Position numbers and translations under genes: made by a program. The notes beneath the pieces were generated by a model, which had not been told where the DNA came from, ran no database searches, and saw nothing but the letters and a program-made list of their open reading frames with translations. This document shows positions 58,388 to 64,000 of a stretch of 64,000 nt of DNA, piece after piece. Position 1 is the first letter of the stretch. Every line of letters begins with the position of its first letter. The stretch comes from Minisyncoccota bacterium (GTDB lineage Bacteria > Patescibacteriota > Minisyncoccia > UBA6257 > 2-01-FULL-56-20): the NCBI GenBank assembly GCA_035541435.1, contig DATKNL010000012.1:6498-70497 (forward strand). Reading direction: 5' to 3'.

Positions 58388-59836
58388 CTACTGCTTCGGC
58401 CGCATGAGCGGAAAGAAGACCGTCTCGCGCACGGGCTTGTCCATGAGGACGGCGAACGTGCGCTCGGACATGCCGAACCCCGCCGTGGGCGGCATGCCAT
58501 ATTCGAGCGCCCTCAGGAAATCCTCGTCGAGGCGCATCGCCTCCTTGTCCCCTTTCTCGCGCAGCCTCATCTGGTCCTCGAACCGCCGGCGCTGGTCGAT
58601 GGGATCGTTGAGCTCGGAATAGCCGTTGCCAAGCTCGCTGCCGCACGCGACGATCTGGAACCGCTCGGCGATCTCGGGGTTCTCGGGGGACGATTTCGAA
58701 AGCGGCGAGACGGCGATGGGGTGGCCCACGAGGAAGCACGGCTCGATGAGCTTGGGACGGACCGTCTTCTTATAGATGAGGTCGATGAGCCGGCCCTTCT
58801 GGGCGCCGTCCTCGGGCTTGAGGCCCAGCGAAACCGCCTTCTCGTGAAGGTCGCCGCGGGACGCGGCAATCGGGTCGAGGCCGTTCTCATGCTTGAACGC
58901 CTGCACGTAGTCCACCTCCTTCCACGGCTTGCCCCAGTCGATGTGATGGCCGAAGGAGCTCGTCTGCAGGCTGCCCGCGGTCTTCTCGATGACGAACTTG
59001 AACATCCGCTCCATGAGCTTCATCATGTCGCCGCAGTTGTGATAGGCCCAATAGCACTCCATGAACGTGAAGTCCTGCAGGTGCTCGCGGTCGATGCCCT
59101 CGTTCCTGAAGACGCGGCCGATCTCGAACACCTTCTCGAAGCCGCCGGTCACGAGCTTCTTGAGCTGCAGCTCGAGCGAGATGCGCAGGAAGAAGTCGGT
59201 GTCGAGCGCGTTGTGGTGCGTGACGAAGGGCTCGGCCTCGGCGCCGCCCGCAAGCGGCTCGAGCACGCTCGTCTCAACCTCGAGGAACCCCTCCTCTTCG
59301 AGGAACTCGCGCACGCTCGTCCAGAAGATCGCCTTCTTCACGAACAGGTCCTTCACTTCGGGATGCATGATGAGGTCGAGGTAGCGCTCGCGAAGGCGCG
59401 TCTCGACGTCCTCGAGGCCCTCCCACCTGTCGGGCAGCGGCGAAAGGGACTTCGACGCCATCTCCACCTCGTGCGCCGCGATGCTCCGCTCGCCCCGCTG
59501 GGTCATGAAGAGCGGTCCGGTCACCGAGACGAAGTCCCCGAGGTCGATCACGCCGCGCCAGAAGTCGATGTCCTTGAGCTCCTCGCCGCGGAATACGGCC
59601 TGGATCTTCCCGGCCCCGTCCTCGAGGTCGGCGAACATGATCTTGCCCTGGTCGCGCAGGGCGCGGACGCGGCCGACGAGGGAGACGGGCTCCCCCTTCT
59701 TCTCGAACTCCTCGAACCGCTCAAGGGCGGCTCCGATCGAAAAGCTGCGCTTCGCCCGGGCGGGATAAGGATTGATGCCGGCTTCGCGGATGCGTTCGAG
59801 CTTCTTGCGGCGTTCGGCGATGATGTCTTCGAGCAT
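58388..59836 (-). CDS. lysS: Lysine--tRNA ligase (class II)
   Basis: OB anticodon domain, R.RERYLDL, GGAEAEPF.THHN, FRNEGID and YGMPPTAGFG. Confidence 0.97.
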   Translation of the reverse strand: MLEDIIAERRKKLERIREAGINPYPARAKRSFSIGAALERFEEFEKKGEPVSLVGRVRALRDQGKIMFADLEDGAGKIQAVFRGEELKDIDFWRGVIDLGDFVSVTGPLFMTQRGERSIAAHEVEMASKSLSPLPDRWEGLEDVETRLRERYLDLIMHPEVKDLFVKKAIFWTSVREFLEEEGFLEVETSVLEPLAGGAEAEPFVTHHNALDTDFFLRISLELQLKKLVTGGFEKVFEIGRVFRNEGIDREHLQDFTFMECYWAYHNCGDMMKLMERMFKFVIEKTAGSLQTSSFGHHIDWGKPWKEVDYVQAFKHENGLDPIAASRGDLHEKAVSLGLKPEDGAQKGRLIDLIYKKTVRPKLIEPCFLVGHPIAVSPLSKSSPENPEIAERFQIVACGSELGNGYSELNDPIDQRRRFEDQMRLREKGDKEAMRLDEDFLRALEYGMPPTAGFGMSERTFAVLMDKPVRETVFFPLMRPKQ

Positions 59837-59839
59837 GGG

Positions 59840-60592
59840 TCAGGAATAATCGACGGGAATGCTGCCGTACTTCGTTTTCGTTATGATGACATGATCAAGC
59901 AGTCCGATGCCGAGAATCCTTCCGGCCTCGACGATCTGCTGGGTGACGGCGATGTCCGCCTCGCTGGCCTTCGCGACGCCGGACGGATGGTTGTGGGCCA
60001 AGATCACCGCCGATGCCGCATATTCGAGCGCCGGTCGGAAAACTTCGCGCGGATGAATGACGTTCGACGTGAGGCTCCCGATCGAAATTATTTCGTCGTG
60101 GATGAGGCGATAATGATTGTCGAGATACAAGCCGCGAAGGTGTTCCTTCGAGAGGTCGCGCATATCCTTGAGGTATTCATAGACCTGACTCGCGGTCCGA
60201 AGCACCACCGGCTTTCCGCTTGCAGGGTTCCTGAAAAAACGTCGCCCAAGCTCGAAACAAGCGACCAGCTGGCATGATTTGACGAGCGGTATCCCGAGGA
60301 GCTCCTTGACCTTCATGGGGTCCTTCTGATGGATGATCGCGCTATCGCCATATTCCTTAAGGAGGCGGCGCGACATCGTCAAAATCTCTTCTTTTTTCGT
60401 GCCGACGTTCAAAAGCACCGCAAGGAGCTCGGCAATTGAAAGCGCCTGCGGTCCGAACTTGATCAGCTTCTCCCGGGGTTTTTCATCGACCGGCAGGTCG
60501 CGCAGCCTCAGGGCGTAGCGGCGATCCTCGTCGAGCACAAGATCCCCGGATTGCTGTGCGTAGACTTGGTTTGCGAGATAGGTTGTTTCCAT
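59840..60592 (-). CDS. radC: RadC/JAB domain protein
   Basis: PREKL..G..ALS.AELLA, HPREVF, HNHPSG....S..D and LLDHVII. Confidence 0.93.
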   Translation of the reverse strand: METTYLANQVYAQQSGDLVLDEDRRYALRLRDLPVDEKPREKLIKFGPQALSIAELLAVLLNVGTKKEEILTMSRRLLKEYGDSAIIHQKDPMKVKELLGIPLVKSCQLVACFELGRRFFRNPASGKPVVLRTASQVYEYLKDMRDLSKEHLRGLYLDNHYRLIHDEIISIGSLTSNVIHPREVFRPALEYAASAVILAHNHPSGVAKASEADIAVTQQIVEAGRILGIGLLDHVIITKTKYGSIPVDYS

Positions 60593-60594
60593 GA

Positions 60595-62694
60595 CTATAG
60601 TATAGCAGAAGCCGGCTCAGATGCGGTTTGAACCAGCGGCAACCGCACGGTGAATACGCTTCCCTCTCCCCGTCGGCTTGACGCTGCGATCGTCCCACCG
60701 TGCCACTCGATGATTTCGCGGCAGATGTTGAGGCCGAGGCCGGTCCCTTTCGTCTCGGTTCCCGGTATCCGGTAAAATCGCTCGAAGATATGGGCTAGAT
60801 CCTCGGGAGCGATACCGATACCCGAATCCTCGACTTGAAAAACCGCATCGCCTCCGGATTGACGGAGCCGAAACACGATGCGTCCCCCGCGATCGGTGAA
60901 CTTGAGGGCGTTGCTCAGCAGATTAAGAACGACTTCTTTCAATTTCTTGCGGTCCCCTTGGATCGGAACGGGTTGCTCGTCGGCATCGAGTTCGAAGCTC
61001 ATATCTTTCGTTTCCGCAAGAACCATGCAATCCTCATGGACTTCCTTAACAAGGATTCCGAGGTCGAACGGCTCCTCGTTGAACCTGTTCTTCGAGAAAT
61101 TAAGCTGGGCGACCTGAAGGAATTCCGAGACCAGATGTGCCATCCCCTCGAGCGTCGATTTTATGACCTTAAGCGGGGCCCGGTCTTCTGGCGTAGCTGC
61201 GCGTTGGGCCGCGATCTCGATATTTCCTTGCATGATGGCTATCGGCGTCTGCAGCTCGTGGGAGATATCGGTGACGAACCGTTCCTGGGTCCGGTACATC
61301 AGCCGTATTTCCTTAATGCGATCCGCCACAAGATCCTCGAGCTCCTCGTTGTGGCGCTTGATGGTCTCATAGAGCAAGGCGTTCTCAAGCGCCATGCCGC
61401 CCTGATATTCCATAACCGAAAGCAAAGACTTGTCATCGGACCGAAAGATGTCGTCGGAACGCTTTTCGCCGAGAAGCAGGACACCGATCACCCGGCCATT
61501 GGCTCGAAGCGGAACGATGCCCGCAAAGCCCGCGCTCGATATTCGCCATCGAAGACTTCGTTCGTTATCACCCGAGAACCGGCCAACATCCTGAACGTAG
61601 AAGTGCGGGCAGCCGAAATCTTTCCATGTCTCGAAAATGTCGCGCGCTTCTTCCTGCGCGATGCCGCCATCCGGATCGGACTGAAAGATCCTGCTCCGGT
61701 TTTCAAGAAAGACCAGCGTCGTCTTCGGCTTCACCGTTGCCGCGAGAAATTCCTGAATCTCGTTCATGAGATGACTCAATTCTATGGTCGAGCCAAGGAT
61801 CACGTTCAACCGGTCGATGGCTGCAGGATAATCGTAATGGGCGCGAAAGAAGACCTTGTCCGTCACCCGCTCGAAAAAATCCTTTACATAAGGGAACGAG
61901 AGCCCTCCGACAATGGCCGCGAGGATGTCGACAATTTCGTCGTTGCTCCAGAACTTTTCGACGAGAAATTCGATGCCGAAAAACATGATCGCCAGGCTCA
62001 CTATCGCGGCGGCATATGTCGCACTCCTCTTGACGACGACGCGGATGTCCATGAACTGATGCTGGACGATCGCATATGCCGTAAAGCCCATGAAAGCCAC
62101 CGATGAAAGCGGGCCGACAAAGTTTGCCGCATACCATCCGAATGCCGGAAGCAGGACATCGCAGACCACCGCGCCTGAAAGGAATATGCCCGTCCCCCAC
62201 AGGAAATAGCGGAGCCGGACCTTCTGGACGCCGGAGCTCTCGCGGAACGCCGACGCGAGGCGGCTCAGATCCAATCCGACATAGGTCGTCAGCACGATGG
62301 CGAATATCGGGAAGGCCGGACCGTTCAAAGGCTTCAAAAATCCATGACCATCAAGGAGGAATCCGCGGATGAACCACGCCGCGGGCACGGCAGCAATCAC
62401 GGCGAGGGGAACCCAGGCCACCATCGGAAATCGATTGCTCCTGGTCGGAAAGACGTAAGAAAGCGCCGTGAGGCCCGCAACAGCCAGAATTCCCGACAGA
62501 AGGACCCAGCGTATCCAAAAGCCGTCGCCCCCGTCCAGCATGAATCCCAACCCTGCGATCCATCCGGCAATCCCCAGCGACATCAGGAAAAGCGATCGAC
62601 TTGCAGCATCACGCCTTTTCTTCACGAGGACGAAAAGGCCGATGGCGGCATTCAGGAAAGTTGCAGCGGCGTAGGTCCCGATCAGCAGGCGCAT
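60595..62694 (-). CDS. Sensor histidine kinase with multi-TM N-terminus, GAF, HisKA and HATPase domains
   Basis: Multiple TM helices, LLLGEKRS GAF motif, SHELQTP, NLLSNALKF, DSGIGI and GTGLGL. Confidence 0.92.
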   Translation of the reverse strand: MRLLIGTYAAATFLNAAIGLFVLVKKRRDAASRSLFLMSLGIAGWIAGLGFMLDGGDGFWIRWVLLSGILAVAGLTALSYVFPTRSNRFPMVAWVPLAVIAAVPAAWFIRGFLLDGHGFLKPLNGPAFPIFAIVLTTYVGLDLSRLASAFRESSGVQKVRLRYFLWGTGIFLSGAVVCDVLLPAFGWYAANFVGPLSSVAFMGFTAYAIVQHQFMDIRVVVKRSATYAAAIVSLAIMFFGIEFLVEKFWSNDEIVDILAAIVGGLSFPYVKDFFERVTDKVFFRAHYDYPAAIDRLNVILGSTIELSHLMNEIQEFLAATVKPKTTLVFLENRSRIFQSDPDGGIAQEEARDIFETWKDFGCPHFYVQDVGRFSGDNERSLRWRISSAGFAGIVPLRANGRVIGVLLLGEKRSDDIFRSDDKSLLSVMEYQGGMALENALLYETIKRHNEELEDLVADRIKEIRLMYRTQERFVTDISHELQTPIAIMQGNIEIAAQRAATPEDRAPLKVIKSTLEGMAHLVSEFLQVAQLNFSKNRFNEEPFDLGILVKEVHEDCMVLAETKDMSFELDADEQPVPIQGDRKKLKEVVLNLLSNALKFTDRGGRIVFRLRQSGGDAVFQVEDSGIGIAPEDLAHIFERFYRIPGTETKGTGLGLNICREIIEWHGGTIAASSRRGEGSVFTVRLPLVQTASEPASAIL

Positions 62695-62760
62695 ATTCGT
62701 CGTGAGGTCATTATGTCTCAAGAAGAAACGGGGCGGCAAGTCCCCGAAGGAACGTGCCGC

Positions 62761-63342
62761 TCACCCATCGAATCGGTATCTGGAATCACAGCAACGAACA
62801 TGATCCCCGAGGATAGCCATGGCATTTCGGATATGCAATGCAACGATAACCGGTTTTGGTTCGTCGTAATAGCGGATGACTGGTTCGGGCAGGGAATCCC
62901 ATCGGAGAGACCCTGAAACCCTCTCAAGCAGAATGCCATTCCTTCGAAACCAACGCACAACGCAAGGCTTTGTTTCGCTTATCGCCCATTCGTATCCGGA
63001 ACTTTTCGCAAAGCGCACCGCCTCATACATGAGCGCTAAGGCGGCGCCCTTCACGCACCCGACCCACCTGCCGATCTGGACCGCGCGAATGCCGTCACGA
63101 GGACCGAATCGACCAGATATGTCGTAATGGTCATGAACGGGCAGTCGGCCCGCCGATGGACGTTCGATGGCTATGGCTCCGACAAGCCTGCCCGATTGCT
63201 TGGCAACAATGACTCGTTGCGGCAACGGATAGGCCCGGCACCCATATGCAGCGAGCATCCCATTATCGACGAGACGGCTTACTGCTTCCCGTTCGTCGTT
63301 CTTCATGAGGGAAAGGGTGAATTCCATGACGATCACCACCAT
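62761..63342 (-). CDS. GNAT-fold acyltransferase-like protein (N-acyl amino acid synthase/thermostable-hemolysin-like)
   Basis: LVGAI, LP...Y and VQIGRW motifs typical of the FeeM/LuxI-related GNAT fold; family assignment tentative. Confidence 0.55.
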   Translation of the reverse strand: MVVIVMEFTLSLMKNDEREAVSRLVDNGMLAAYGCRAYPLPQRVIVAKQSGRLVGAIAIERPSAGRLPVHDHYDISGRFGPRDGIRAVQIGRWVGCVKGAALALMYEAVRFAKSSGYEWAISETKPCVVRWFRRNGILLERVSGSLRWDSLPEPVIRYYDEPKPVIVALHIRNAMAILGDHVRCCDSRYRFDG

Positions 63343-64000
63343 CGCCTTGTCACAACCGAAGCCCGCATGAGAGCCGCATCGAGAAAAAGATACCCGGGCA
63401 TGTCAGGCATGGGAACGATGACCCTCGCGACCGAAGAATCCTTCAGCAGATGGAGAAGCACCCTGTCGGCAGCGAACCCGCATGCGAGCGGCGGATTCGT
63501 GGCGATGATGGCGCCGCACCCTTCGCGCAGCAAACGCTCTTTTAGCGCTTTTTTCCCAACGGGGCCGTCGAGGCCTTCGGAATAATCGCTCCACGAAGGA
63601 AACAGCCTGAGGACCGCATCCATGACACGAGCTCGGGCACGGGCATGACTCGGATCCGAAGCAGCCAAAGTAAGCCCGGACTCCAGGCACCAGCCATCTT
63701 CCTCGTTTAGGCCGAGGACATCTTCAATTGACATGCCGTCCGGCTGGAAGAGGAACAAATGACTCCCAAATCCAACCGTATTGCACATAAAAACAGGAAC
63801 GCCTGCGGCACGGGCCGCTCGATGCAAGGCCAAACGAGCCCCGATGCTCCAAAATTCGATTTCATCGCAGACAACATCGCAGCCAGCAACGAAATCAGCC
63901 GCCGTTCGTGCCGTGATGCCGCGCGGATACACCTCTATAATGGTATCGTCGGTTATCGCCCGCAGCATTTTTGCCGTTTCAAAGGCCTTCACATGCCCGA
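63333..64000 (-). CDS. ThiF/MoeB family adenylyltransferase, 5' end outside the window
   Basis: KA...A..L..I, GIT.....FV.GCDVVCDEIEF and GVPV...N; frame open to the window edge. Confidence 0.8.
   Translation of the reverse strand, partial: GHVKAFETAKMLRAITDDTIIEVYPRGITARTAADFVAGCDVVCDEIEFWSIGARLALHRAARAAGVPVFMCNTVGFGSHLFLFQPDGMSIEDVLGLNEEDGWCLESGLTLAASDPSHARARARVMDAVLRLFPSWSDYSEGLDGPVGKKALKERLLREGCGAIIATNPPLACGFAADRVLLHLLKDSSVARVIVPMPDMPGYLFLDAALMRASVVTRRWW

Overview
GC-rich bacterial chromosome segment, very probably Candidate Phyla Radiation/Patescibacteria (inference from the compact, mostly leaderless genes, the split tRNA-Thr/rpmG/tRNA-Trp/rplJL cluster, the CCA-less tRNAs and CPR-typical protein families). 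Nearly all genes are on the minus strand. Housekeeping genes: secA, HPF/raiA, murB, tpiA, mraZ-rsmH-ftsL-ftsI-murF, rplJ-rplL, rpmG, rlmB, dus, dnaE, lysS and five tRNAs (Glu-CTC, Val-CAC, Trp-CCA, Thr-GGT, Thr-TGT). Also present: a MarR/MFS efflux operon, an ECF-sigma/MacAB-like operon, GH130 and GH1 glycoside enzymes, PGI/PMI, a fused Zwf-Gnd enzyme, an MmeI-type restriction-modification gene next to tRNA-Val, and a ThiF/acyltransferase/7TM histidine-kinase cluster. The strongest unusual signal is at about 30.3-34.0 kb: an integrase-free, integron-like array of single-gene cassettes anchored at the 3' end of tRNA-Glu. Each cassette has its own promoter-like sequence and terminator (most also an SD), and cassettes are separated by a 24-bp repeat that is not an attC. 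Other leads: an orphan DGR-type target gene, a possible sRNA-controlled attenuator upstream of murB, an unannotated 23-aa lysine-rich peptide with a structured leader, and a hairpin-sequestered LAGLIDADG-like gene overlapping tRNA-Trp. All calls come from reading motifs by eye; no database searches were run.
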